In this document: piece by piece, positions 22,464 to 31,745 of the stretch
How positions within the stretch are numbered: position 1 is the stretch's first letter
Layout: each line of letters opens with the position of its first letter
Source of the DNA: Thecamonas trahens ATCC 50062
Lineage: Eukaryota; Protista; Apusomonadida
Assembly (NCBI RefSeq): GCF_000142905.1
Contig: NW_013657678.1
Location: forward strand, 124,001-188,000
Direction: 5' to 3'
DNA length: 64,000 nucleotides
Notes under the pieces: model-generated
What the model was told of the DNA's origin: nothing
The model's input: only the letters and a program-made list of their open reading frames with translations
The model's database searches: none
Translations under genes and position numbers: made by a program

Positions 22464-23894
22464 ATGGGTGCGTCCATACGTGACGTGTGTCTGTTGGCGT
22501 ACGCAATGGTGGCTACGGCCATCCTGCTGTACATCTTCACCTCGGGCACCGGCTCGGCCTCGCTCGACGCCGCCCGCAACTCGCGGGCAAAGTGCAAGAT
22601 CGATCTGGTCCACGCGCTGGAGAACGTCGATACGCTGTACGAGCAGCTGGACAAGGAGCAGTCGCGTTCGGGACGGCTTGCGTCCCAGATCGAGTCGATG
22701 AAGGAACGCTTGCAGCAGGCCGAGGATGAAGCCAAGGGTGCCGTGGCCAACGCCGAGCGCCTGGCCGAGCAGGTCGAGGCGCTGCGCGAGGCCGACAAGA
22801 TGCTGCAGGAGGCAGTCGACTCTGCCGACGCCTCGCGCGATGCCATGCGCAAGCAGTTGTTGGAGGTGCAGACGGCAGCAGCAGCGGCAGCGGCCGAGAA
22901 CGCGCCGCAGACCTCGGGCGAGCTGCTGGACAAGTGCGCCGAGCTCGGGTGGCGCTCGCCGCAGGTTGACATGGACACCGACGGCAAGCACACCAAGCTC
23001 ATGCCTGCAGGCCCGCTCCCGCGTGCTCTGGTCTCGGTCACTGGATCCGCAGCGGTTGCTGTCCCGGTCGGCGTGCCTATCGATCCGCGGACGATGCAGT
23101 TCCGCCTGCCCAAGACCACCAAGCGGGTGTGGTTTGACGTCGGCGCCCACCGCGACGCCATGTACACGCTGCCTTTTGCCAAGGAGCAGGAGGACTTGCT
23201 TGTCTTTGCCTTTGAGCCGCTCTACCGCATGTGGGCCGAACTGGCCATCACTCACGCGCATCCGCGGGTGGTGGCTCTCCCAGCGGCAGTCGCGCCCGAC
23301 GGCGGCGTCGCTACCTTTCACATGGCTGGCACCGACCAGTGCTCTTCGCTCAAGCCGGTCGATCCCGAGACCGACATCTACGACTGGCCCGGTGGATGCA
23401 CTGAGGTCACCCACGCATACCAGGTTCCGGTCCTCTCGCTCCAGGAGGTGCTCGACGCCCTCCCGCTCCCGACGGTCCAGTTTGTCAAGATCGACGCCCA
23501 GGGCGCAGACTTTGACGTCCTACTCTCGGCAGGGCCGGCGCTCGCTGAAAAGGTAGAGAACGTTGTCGTCGAGGTCCAGACCAACGTCCCGCTCTACGCC
23601 GGCGCCAAGAACGAGACCGATTTTGTCGACTACATGGCCGACGCGGGCTTTGACCTTGTCAAGCGCGCCCTGCAGGGCCCCAACGAGCTCAACCTTCTCT
23701 TCCATAACGCCAAGCTGGGCATCAAGCTCACCAGCGAGGACTGGGACCTGCTTCCGCTCAACATGATCTTTGACGGCGTGTACGAGGCCAAGGTTGCCGC
23801 CGCCTCGGGCGCGCCTGTCCGCGTCAAGAAGGGCTCGCTCAAGGTCAAAGACCGCGACCTGCCTCAGCCCTCAACAACGTCGTCGTCTCCCTAA
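22464..23894 (+). CDS. Type II membrane-anchored FkbM-family SAM methyltransferase with coiled-coil stem
   Basis: N-terminal TM (VCLLAYAMVATAILLYIF), heptad coil, WFDVGAH, VFAFEP, FVKIDAQGADFDVL, VVVEV. Confidence 0.85.
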   Translation: MGASIRDVCLLAYAMVATAILLYIFTSGTGSASLDAARNSRAKCKIDLVHALENVDTLYEQLDKEQSRSGRLASQIESMKERLQQAEDEAKGAVANAERLAEQVEALREADKMLQEAVDSADASRDAMRKQLLEVQTAAAAAAAENAPQTSGELLDKCAELGWRSPQVDMDTDGKHTKLMPAGPLPRALVSVTGSAAVAVPVGVPIDPRTMQFRLPKTTKRVWFDVGAHRDAMYTLPFAKEQEDLLVFAFEPLYRMWAELAITHAHPRVVALPAAVAPDGGVATFHMAGTDQCSSLKPVDPETDIYDWPGGCTEVTHAYQVPVLSLQEVLDALPLPTVQFVKIDAQGADFDVLLSAGPALAEKVENVVVEVQTNVPLYAGAKNETDFVDYMADAGFDLVKRALQGPNELNLLFHNAKLGIKLTSEDWDLLPLNMIFDGVYEAKVAAASGAPVRVKKGSLKVKDRDLPQPSTTSSSP

Positions 23895-23946
23895 AAAAAC
23901 AGGTCTGTGTTCAATGAGGGCGGGGGGATGTGAGGGGATAGAAACC

Positions 23947-24966
23947 TTACGCAAGCGTGGCCATGCAGAGAGCAACCACGGCGGCGACGGCGACGGCGGC
24001 GGCGACGGAGGTAGTAGGCACGCTCGTGCCCGCTGCCGACGTCGTGATCCCTGCCATCGGGTTGCTCGACGCCCCGAGCTGCGGGTCCCACACCAGATGC
24101 GACGGCTTGTCGGCGCCGAATGAGAACGTAATGTCGTACTCGCCTTCGTCGCCCACGTTGTCCTTGAGGACCACCGGCGATGAGAAGATCGGAACCGACG
24201 CGTTGCCGTTGCTGGCCTTCTTGACCCAAGCAAAGACACCAACCTTGCCAAACGCGACAACCTCCTCCTCGGTGCCTGAGCCTGAGTCGTCGTCGCGCGG
24301 CTCCTGCGTCGTCTTGGCCGTCGCCCGCGTCACCAGAGCCAACCGCGACGGGCCCGAGACCCGGTACGGGAAGTTGTGCAGCAGCATGTCAACCTTCATC
24401 ACCGCAGGGTTGACCGGCGTCGTGCCTGTAATGTTGAGCGCAATCGGCACGTTGGTGAGCGTGAAGCGGAACGTGAGATCCAGCGTGGTATGCACCGCGT
24501 CGCAGGTGTACTTTTTGATTGTCGCGCCGACCGCCGGCGCCACGCACATCAGATCACGCCACCCGTCGTCCTTAAGCGTCGTGTTGTACCGCCACTCGCC
24601 GGATGAGAGCTTGCCGTTGCCGTCGGTGTCGACAAACTCGATAAGCTCCTGTGGGCGGAACCGGATCTGCGTCTCGGTCTCCAGCACCCCGGTCTCGGTC
24701 TCAAACTCATATTCGATCTTGAGCTCGCCCGACGCATCTACCAGGAACTTGACCGATCCCTCCGGACCCTCGCAGTCGTCGTCACCCGGCGGGCACGACG
24801 ATGGCTCGGTGTTGCGAAGCTCCGACTTCCACTTTGCCTGTTGCGCCTCCAGCTCCCACGAGATCTCCCGGTCTGCGTAAACGACTCTGGCGTTGGCCGC
24901 GAGCACAGCGACGACAACCGCAGCCGCCACGATCATCCAGCCCATACGAGATCCAAACCGAGTCAT
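23947..24966 (-). CDS. Uncharacterised secreted protein with C-terminal hydrophobic (TM/GPI) anchor
   Basis: Signal peptide MGWMIVAAAVVVAVLAANA; beta-rich core (IEFVDTDGNG, MKVD..NFPY..RLAL, LVWDPQLG); hydrophobic tail. Confidence 0.75.
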   Translation of the reverse strand: MTRFGSRMGWMIVAAAVVVAVLAANARVVYADREISWELEAQQAKWKSELRNTEPSSCPPGDDDCEGPEGSVKFLVDASGELKIEYEFETETGVLETETQIRFRPQELIEFVDTDGNGKLSSGEWRYNTTLKDDGWRDLMCVAPAVGATIKKYTCDAVHTTLDLTFRFTLTNVPIALNITGTTPVNPAVMKVDMLLHNFPYRVSGPSRLALVTRATAKTTQEPRDDDSGSGTEEEVVAFGKVGVFAWVKKASNGNASVPIFSSPVVLKDNVGDEGEYDITFSFGADKPSHLVWDPQLGASSNPMAGITTSAAGTSVPTTSVAAAVAVAAVVALCMATLA

Positions 24967-25131
24967 GATAAGCGTTGCTGGTCTTGTTGTTATTGCTGTT
25001 GCTGTTGGTAGTGAGCGTGGCGATGGCAGTCGCACGGTCGACACATCATTTCGCCGTGCTCCGTTTTGTGGTCGCCGGCCAGCCATGCGCCCGTGAGCAC
25101 CAATGAGCAGTTTGGCAACGGGGCGAGGCTT

Positions 25132-28100
25132 ATGAGCAAACGTGCTCAGGCGGAGAGGAGAGGGGGCGGGTGGCGGGAAGGACATGAAAGAGACCACCGA
25201 TGCCAGCACATCCACCCTCACCATACCAACGCTCCACTCCATAACCACAGGACCGTATCGCTGCTCGGCTGTGGAACACGTAGCTATGGTCGTCACCCAT
25301 ACCGCCAGGTTACGGCTGGTGTCGCGGGAACGACGGCCCGCGGCTGCGTGGTGGCCACGCGGTGGCGGGCAAGTGCTGATCTGCCGCTTGGCGTGGCTGT
25401 TGACCCAGACATGGTTGCTGATGGTGGGTCTCTCAGCAGCGTGGTGGGTGGTAGCCATCGTCCCACTCGCATTCCCATTGTCAACGTGCGTGTCAAGGTT
25501 ACCGGCGGAGTGATCATCCTATCTAAAGGCTCCATCGACATGCGCGCAGCTCGTGCCGCTCTCGAGCTCGCATCGTCGGCCGTCCTCGATGGCGTTGTGC
25601 TCGAGTACGATGCCTTTATTGCACCGGGCGCTCGGCTGGTGGCCCGATCCGAGCCGTTCGCCGTCTTTCCCAACTCGGTCCGGGCCTCGCGATGGGCAGC
25701 GTCGGGCGAGCCGAGCCGGTTGGCGATGACGGGGGATGGGCTCACTGGGCCATCGGGGTTGGGCGATGCCACGTCGTCGACGCCTCCGCATCGGGTTCTC
25801 GTGGCTGTTGATGGCCAGACTGCCTCGAATCCGACCTGGCACGTTTGGGCGGGCGATTTGAAGGCCGTACACAGCCTGCAGGTTCTGACAGCGGCGCTGG
25901 CGCGGCCTGCCGGCATCGACCCCGCTGACATCGATCTGGAGGCCACCTCGGTATTCAAAGACACGTTTGGCGAGTGGGTGTCAGCAGCATCGCTCTCTGC
26001 GGTGGGCTTGGTTGACTTTGACGGCTCACGTGTCTCGCTGGCAATCCGAAGCAAGGTTGAGACGCCGTCACTCACCCCTGGCCTGCTCGATGGACTCGGG
26101 TTTGACCTCGATCTCGACGCCATTGTTTCTGACATGGATCCCATCGGAAGCATGGAGTGGAGTGCGTCGACCGCCAAGTCACTGTACCTCTCACCGACGG
26201 CGACGCCGGACGAGCGCGCGCTGCTGGGTGATCTTGTGCCTGCCTTTGCACTGGCCCAACCGGTGAGGCCGCCCGCTGTACTCTCACTCCAGCTCCTTCA
26301 CCCGATGGCATGTGCCCTCAATAGCAGCCGGACAGCGGTGGTGGGCTGGCCCGCCGGCGGCGCGCCGCTGCATGTTTCGGCAACCATGTCTGGTATTGCG
26401 CCGCGCGATGTGACACAGACCTCGCTGTCGATCGGAAGCTACCGCGTGGCACTGGCCACCCACAGTGTGACGGCCTCGGTCACCTTTCGCAACCAGACGC
26501 TCGATGGCATTGTTCTTCTCACCTCGGAACCAGTGGTCCAACAAGTTGATAGGCTTGCCACTCATGCTGTACCACTTGAGAACGACGGGCTGCCTCTCCT
26601 TTTGGCAAGCTTGCCTGTCAGCCTCTCAATCGAGCACACTGCAGGCGGCGAGCGGGTTGTCACCGTCTCGAACCCGTTCAGCCTCGCTGTCTTTGCGGAC
26701 TCGGCGGGACGCGGGAACGGCGGCGGCCACAAGCGGCGGCATGACTCGCGGTCGTCGTCATCGTCGTCCGAAGGCGACCGCGAGCGTCGCGGCAGGGACC
26801 AGGACCAATCTTCCAGCCATGATCGGACCCGGCGCAAGACGCTGTCGGGCAAGCACTCGGCAAGCCGGAACAGCAGCTATGGGCCAAACGAGAGCTTTGA
26901 CTTTTACAACGGGCTGAGGCTGGGCCATCTGCATCTGCTCGTCGGGCAGGCTCCGGGCGCCGCGGGCGTCCGGACTGCTCTGGAGAACATGCTGAGTGCG
27001 GGCGTGCCGGCTGATCTTCCGCTCTGGGCTACAGCCGACCTCTGCATCACGCTGCTCCGAGTCGGCGAGGACGATGCAGCGTGGGCAGTGGCATCGCGGG
27101 CGATTGTCGGGAACGGATGGGCAGCGTTGGCGGCGGTGGGTGCCAAGATGGGCGTCTCGGTTCTTTCCGAGGCGCTCCATCATCCGCGGGTCTTGGCATG
27201 TCTGCTTGCGCTGGCGTGCAACTTGCAGCCGCCTGACGACGACCAACTTTCTCTGCTGGCGCACGCCGGCGAAGAGGCACTGCGGCTGCGGCGCGCACCG
27301 GCGTTTGCACTCATTGCCATGTACGGCAGAGCGCATGGCGGAGGGCCAGATGCCGCTGCTGCGGTAGCCGCCGCGCAAACGGCACCGCTCAAGGCACTGG
27401 CGTGGCTCATGTCGCTGCACACCGATTGGACGCCCATGGATGGCGTGACAGCGGCTGCGGTGGTCTCACAAGTGGATGCTGCGCTCGACGCTATCGATAC
27501 GCAGCGTCCGCCTCCAGCGGCGGGTGCGGTTGAGGTCGGCGTACCTACATCTGCAGCCACTCTGTCGTCTTCGTCGTCGTCATCGTCTTCGTCGTCATCA
27601 TCGTCATCTTCGCTTGTCTCACGACTGCGCTCTTTGCCAACTCACAAGGCAGGCGCCAGCGAGCAGTCGATTGCCCTCGATTCGTGGGGTGGAAATCGCG
27701 ATGGTGTGCTGCTTCTTGGCGTTGTGGCGGCCGGGTCGGATGCGATAGTCGGCAGCGAGTCTCTGCAGAGGCCGCCGCCGCCGCCGCGCGCCGCTGTTGA
27801 GAGCGTTCGCGGCGACACTACAGACAAGAGCAAGAAGACAAGCCGTGTGGGGGCACTGGTGGTGATCCTAGTTGCCTTGGTGGCTGTCTTTCTGGCCGGC
27901 ATGATTGCGGGCGGCAGCACCCAGGCCGTGGTTAACGTCAGCGCGGCGAGAGGGGCGAGCTCGGTCGGCGGGCTTGGACGCGCGTCGCTGACCCAAGCTC
28001 CGGTCAACGGAACAGTGACCGCTTCGACATTTGCTGCGATGGACGGACACGTGCCGGCAAACGGGGTGAGTGACGGCTTTGGAGTCGCGCGCGTGGTGGC

Positions 28101-29340
28101 GCGCGGACACATCCGGTGTGGACTGGCGACGATGCCGGAGCTGGCGTCGTTCCGAGGCGAAATTGACATAGCTGGGGTGCGGTTTTGCGCCGCCGTGGCG
28201 GCGGCGGTACTGCAAGATCCATCAGCGGTGCAGTTTGTACCGTTTCCTGAATTTGCGGGCGAGGTGCCGGACGTGGTAGTGGCGAACGCATCGACTTTAC
28301 CCGGCTCGGTAAGCCTGGCGCGAATGACCGCGCCGCTGGCCCATCACGGAACGACGATCCTGGCGCGATGCTTTGGCGGAGCGTGTCGCGGCAGCGCAGC
28401 CGATCTTGCGGTCAATGCAACGCGTGTCTGTGTGAATGACGCGGATGCTGCCGAGCTGCAACAGCTTGTGCCCGGTGTGGCGGTGGTCTTGGTCTCGTCG
28501 GCGTCTGACGGCGTCGTCGAGGTGATCAAGTTTGATGCGATGGACATCGGCGCGGACGACTGCGATGCGTACTTTGGCACGTTTGCAGAAATTGCTGCGG
28601 TGCTTGCCAGAGAAGTTGAGGAGAAGCATGCAGAGCAGGGCGAGTCGGACCTGCTCGGCAGTTCGGGCAAGACGCCCAACTATGATGGGACGATTGCTAT
28701 CGGATGGCCGCCGGTGCGAGTGAGCGGGGCGTACGTGGCAGCGAACCTGCGGCCGGAGGAGGTGCGGTGGAGCACGGTACTCGAGGGTGTGCGGGCGGTG
28801 CTTGTGCGAGCGTCGGAGCTGGGCATCAATGTGGCGGGCATCACACCGCTGTGCAAGACCGGCGACGACTCGTGCGACGAGGTGCCCGGAAGCGATGCGG
28901 CGCGCGGCAACGTGGCGCAAGTCGACAGCATCTTTACTGAACTGGGTCTCGGTGAGCTTGGAGGGCGCGAGCGCCGGGTGCTGCTGAGCGTCGGCTCCCT
29001 CGACCAAGTCTGGGCCGCAGTGTACGGCAACGCGACGTGGAGCCTCTTTACCGGCACTGGGGCGACCAACACAGTGTGGGCACGTGGCGGCAGCATCGGA
29101 GCTCTGATCGGAAGCGGCAACCAATTTAGTAGCAGCCGATCCGGATACGTGGTTGTCAGCTCTGGCAGCAATGGCGACTCTGCTGCGCTCGAGGCGGCGT
29201 CGACAGCCGAGTCATCGCTCCAGCGGCGCAACGCCGGACTTGGCGTCGGCATCGCGATCTGCCTGGTGGTAGTCGCTCTCACCATTGTGCTTGTTTGGTA
29301 CAAGGCACGAGGGCGGGAGGCTCCCGCTGGGAGTTTGTGA
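25132..29340 (+). CDS. Large two-TM protein with an AapJ/BztA-like solute-binding domain between the TMs; start uncertain
   Basis: 1,400-aa ORF; TM at ~27850-27915 and ~29236-29300; VVARGHIRCGL...FCAAVAAAVLQDPSAVQFVP resembles bacterial general amino-acid-binding proteins. Confidence 0.65.
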   Translation: MSKRAQAERRGGGWREGHERDHRCQHIHPHHTNAPLHNHRTVSLLGCGTRSYGRHPYRQVTAGVAGTTARGCVVATRWRASADLPLGVAVDPDMVADGGSLSSVVGGSHRPTRIPIVNVRVKVTGGVIILSKGSIDMRAARAALELASSAVLDGVVLEYDAFIAPGARLVARSEPFAVFPNSVRASRWAASGEPSRLAMTGDGLTGPSGLGDATSSTPPHRVLVAVDGQTASNPTWHVWAGDLKAVHSLQVLTAALARPAGIDPADIDLEATSVFKDTFGEWVSAASLSAVGLVDFDGSRVSLAIRSKVETPSLTPGLLDGLGFDLDLDAIVSDMDPIGSMEWSASTAKSLYLSPTATPDERALLGDLVPAFALAQPVRPPAVLSLQLLHPMACALNSSRTAVVGWPAGGAPLHVSATMSGIAPRDVTQTSLSIGSYRVALATHSVTASVTFRNQTLDGIVLLTSEPVVQQVDRLATHAVPLENDGLPLLLASLPVSLSIEHTAGGERVVTVSNPFSLAVFADSAGRGNGGGHKRRHDSRSSSSSSEGDRERRGRDQDQSSSHDRTRRKTLSGKHSASRNSSYGPNESFDFYNGLRLGHLHLLVGQAPGAAGVRTALENMLSAGVPADLPLWATADLCITLLRVGEDDAAWAVASRAIVGNGWAALAAVGAKMGVSVLSEALHHPRVLACLLALACNLQPPDDDQLSLLAHAGEEALRLRRAPAFALIAMYGRAHGGGPDAAAAVAAAQTAPLKALAWLMSLHTDWTPMDGVTAAAVVSQVDAALDAIDTQRPPPAAGAVEVGVPTSAATLSSSSSSSSSSSSSSSSLVSRLRSLPTHKAGASEQSIALDSWGGNRDGVLLLGVVAAGSDAIVGSESLQRPPPPPRAAVESVRGDTTDKSKKTSRVGALVVILVALVAVFLAGMIAGGSTQAVVNVSAARGASSVGGLGRASLTQAPVNGTVTASTFAAMDGHVPANGVSDGFGVARVVARGHIRCGLATMPELASFRGEIDIAGVRFCAAVAAAVLQDPSAVQFVPFPEFAGEVPDVVVANASTLPGSVSLARMTAPLAHHGTTILARCFGGACRGSAADLAVNATRVCVNDADAAELQQLVPGVAVVLVSSASDGVVEVIKFDAMDIGADDCDAYFGTFAEIAAVLAREVEEKHAEQGESDLLGSSGKTPNYDGTIAIGWPPVRVSGAYVAANLRPEEVRWSTVLEGVRAVLVRASELGINVAGITPLCKTGDDSCDEVPGSDAARGNVAQVDSIFTELGLGELGGRERRVLLSVGSLDQVWAAVYGNATWSLFTGTGATNTVWARGGSIGALIGSGNQFSSSRSGYVVVSSGSNGDSAALEAASTAESSLQRRNAGLGVGIAICLVVVALTIVLVWYKARGREAPAGSL

Positions 29341-29418
29341 GTGCTATAAAGTCGCGTCGATGACCAACGTATGTTGTGTTGCTGTCGAGCCACAGTGGCC
29401 GAGCAACCGGCGAGCTGT

Positions 29419-29492
29419 CGACGGGTGGCCGACGGGTGGCCGACGGGTGGCCGACGGGCCGACGGGCGGGCCGACGGGCGGGCCGACGGGTC
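29419..29492 (+). repeat. Tandem ~11-bp CCGACGGG(TGG/CGG) repeats immediately upstream of a start codon
   Basis: About 7 copies of CGACGGG. Confidence 0.85.
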
Positions 29493-29513
29493 GGCCACCG
29501 CTCTCCTGCCGCC

Positions 29514-30291
29514 ATGTCGACCCTTGCCACACTCGCGGTTGTTCTGGCCCTCATTGCGGCATGCCTGGCGCAGTCGCCGCCGCCGCCACCCATGACCAAC
29601 ACACAGAGCGAGACGGTGGACAACGGTACGCTAGTGGGAGTGCATGCCACTGCCCCCCTCCCCCCCTACTCCTCTCCCCCGCCTCGCCCTCCCCTGCCGC
29701 CCTTTGCCAGCGTGGGTCCGACCACCGAACACAGCGGCTACCAACCACTGCAGCTGGGGGGGGGGGGGGGGGGGGGGGGTAGCAGAGACTGGGTCCTGCC
29801 AAAGCCACACTGCCTACACAGGATTGACCACCCTCCACAGCCGCACATGTGCAACCCTCTCTTTCTGCTCTCCACACCACCTCCACCAAATGGGCCCCTC
29901 CACCTCTGTTATCCCCCCCCCCGTTCGCCCTGGCGCCTGGCCCTGTGCTCCCGCAAAAAACACCACCGAATGACTAATGAACGAACGAATGGATGACTGA
30001 TCCGATGAACGAACAACAAACAATGTGCATGATCGAACGATTGTGCGAATGTGTGAACCGAACGATTCCTCGAACGACTGCGCGAACGATTGTGCGAACC
30101 GAACGATAATGGTGTCATCAACCACACACTCCTGTGCAGATGACCCCGCCATCGGCCTCGGTCTCGCCATCGTGGCCTGCGTAGGCGTGGCCGGCATTGT
30201 GTGCCTGGCCGGCTACTGCTCGCTCAAGCGCGACGAGCGCAAGCTGTCCAAGATGGAGGCCAACGACTTCCATGATGAGCACTCGGCATAG
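29514..30291 (+). CDS. Small type I membrane protein (~87 aa); exons 29514-29625 and 30140-30291
   Basis: Signal peptide, PPPPP linker, phase-1 GTACGC...CAG intron, TM IGLGLAIVACVGVAGIVCLAGYC, basic/acidic tail. Confidence 0.75.
29968..30110 (+). repeat. Intronic degenerate (C)GAACGA(TTGTG) satellite
   Basis: Repeated gaacga/cgaacgattgtg units in an A/T-richer patch. Confidence 0.7.
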
Positions 30292-30492
30292 TTATGCTCG
30301 GTGCATATGCTACTTGTTGTCGCTGCATCTGCCGCATCGCCGCCTGCCTTCCCCCCGAGCCTCCTCTCGCTCCGCCAGCCCGACCAGCATAGGTCGGGCT
30401 GGCCTTCCCGCCCGGGCCCTGGCTGCCCAGAGCCCTGCCGGCATCGCGCGAAGCTCCCCCCCGCTACCCGCCTCATGCAATAACAATTGCCT

Positions 30493-31494
30493 TTACGCTG
30501 CCTTTGTCTTACTCCGACGTGTCCGCGGCCTCAACGAGCGTGCGGCGTCGCCACTTGCAGTTGCCGTCGACTTGGCCGCCGACCGCTGGGTCCTGGCCCG
30601 GGTCCGGCTCCGGCGGCGCTCGCGGGCGTCGACGAGGGCGGCCGACGGTGGGCTTCCGCTGCGGACCTCGAGCGGCGGGGCCGGCGGCGGGATGGCGCCA
30701 GACCACACGCCCTCGGCGCGAGCGACCTGCTCGGCAAAGACCAGGCCGGCAAGGAGACGCACAGCCTCGACTGGCGCCTGTGTCCATCGCCGAAGGGCGT
30801 ACGCCACCGCAAGACCCACCATCGACGAGTACATCGACCGCGAGCCCATGACCGCCCGGCCGGGCAGCCGGACGTTGTGCGAGACAGAGGCAACGTAGGC
30901 GACAGCGCGCATGGTGAGGCCCGTGGCGACCGCCATGGCCACGCATGGCATGATCACGCCCGGCGCATACCACACCGATGGTATCGGCCGCGCGTAAGCA
31001 GGCATACTGCTCGGGTCGCTCGTCAGCGTGGCGTAGAGCTTGTCTTGGAAGGCAATGGCGCCGCGGGCCTTGTAAGCACACTGGCCGATGACTACCGCCA
31101 GCCGCACCGGCCACCAGCCGTACGCCCGCAGCAGCAGCGGCGTCTCATACGTCAGCGCCCAGAGCACAATCGGCACAAGCATGGCGTGTGGCTGCGTGAG
31201 GTAGCTGAGCGAGGCCGTCGGCGTGATGCTCGCCAGCGCCGCCACCGTCGACCCGGCCGAGCACGCCACCACGGCGAGCAAGTAGGCCCAGACCCGGGTC
31301 CGTGCCGGCAGTGCCACCTCGGCCCGATGTACCCGAGTGCAGGTGAAGATGCAATGTCCAACGTATGCACATGCCCAGAGCACGTCACTCCACGTCATGC
31401 CCGCCACCACCTCGACTGTCTCCGCCCACGCCACCTGCGCCGGGCCTACCGCCACCAGCATCTGCTCCATATCCAACCCCATGATGCCCTGCAT
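30493..31494 (-). CDS. Polytopic membrane protein, TRIC/TMEM38-like; start uncertain
   Basis: AYVGHCIF...AYLLAVVACSAGSTV...AMLVPIVLWALTYETP..LRAYGWWPVRL...YKARGAI parallels TMEM38 spacing. Confidence 0.5.
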   Translation of the reverse strand: MQGIMGLDMEQMLVAVGPAQVAWAETVEVVAGMTWSDVLWACAYVGHCIFTCTRVHRAEVALPARTRVWAYLLAVVACSAGSTVAALASITPTASLSYLTQPHAMLVPIVLWALTYETPLLLRAYGWWPVRLAVVIGQCAYKARGAIAFQDKLYATLTSDPSSMPAYARPIPSVWYAPGVIMPCVAMAVATGLTMRAVAYVASVSHNVRLPGRAVMGSRSMYSSMVGLAVAYALRRWTQAPVEAVRLLAGLVFAEQVARAEGVWSGAIPPPAPPLEVRSGSPPSAALVDARERRRSRTRARTQRSAAKSTATASGDAARSLRPRTRRSKTKAA

Positions 31495-31745
31495 ACTCTG
31501 CAACTCACTCAGCTTTGTCTTGCCTTGTCGACCTTTGGGTCTCTTGCCACTACTGGGGTCGATCTGCTGGGGTTGAGTCGAGTGTGCTCTGTCCTGCTCG
31601 CCACCACCTGGTCGCGCGCTCGCTTCATTTGCCGCTGCCTGCGCCAACGTGATGCCTACGTCATCACCCCTCAACGCTTGATTTGCCATTTGCTCGGGAT
31701 AGGGCGTTAACTGTTCATGCAACCCCCCCCCCCCCCTCCCCTCCT

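Noticed and set aside
29968-30110. GAACGA repeats as CRISPR or tRNA-like RNA
   Set aside because: Units are short and irregular, with no spacer structure or cloverleaf visible.
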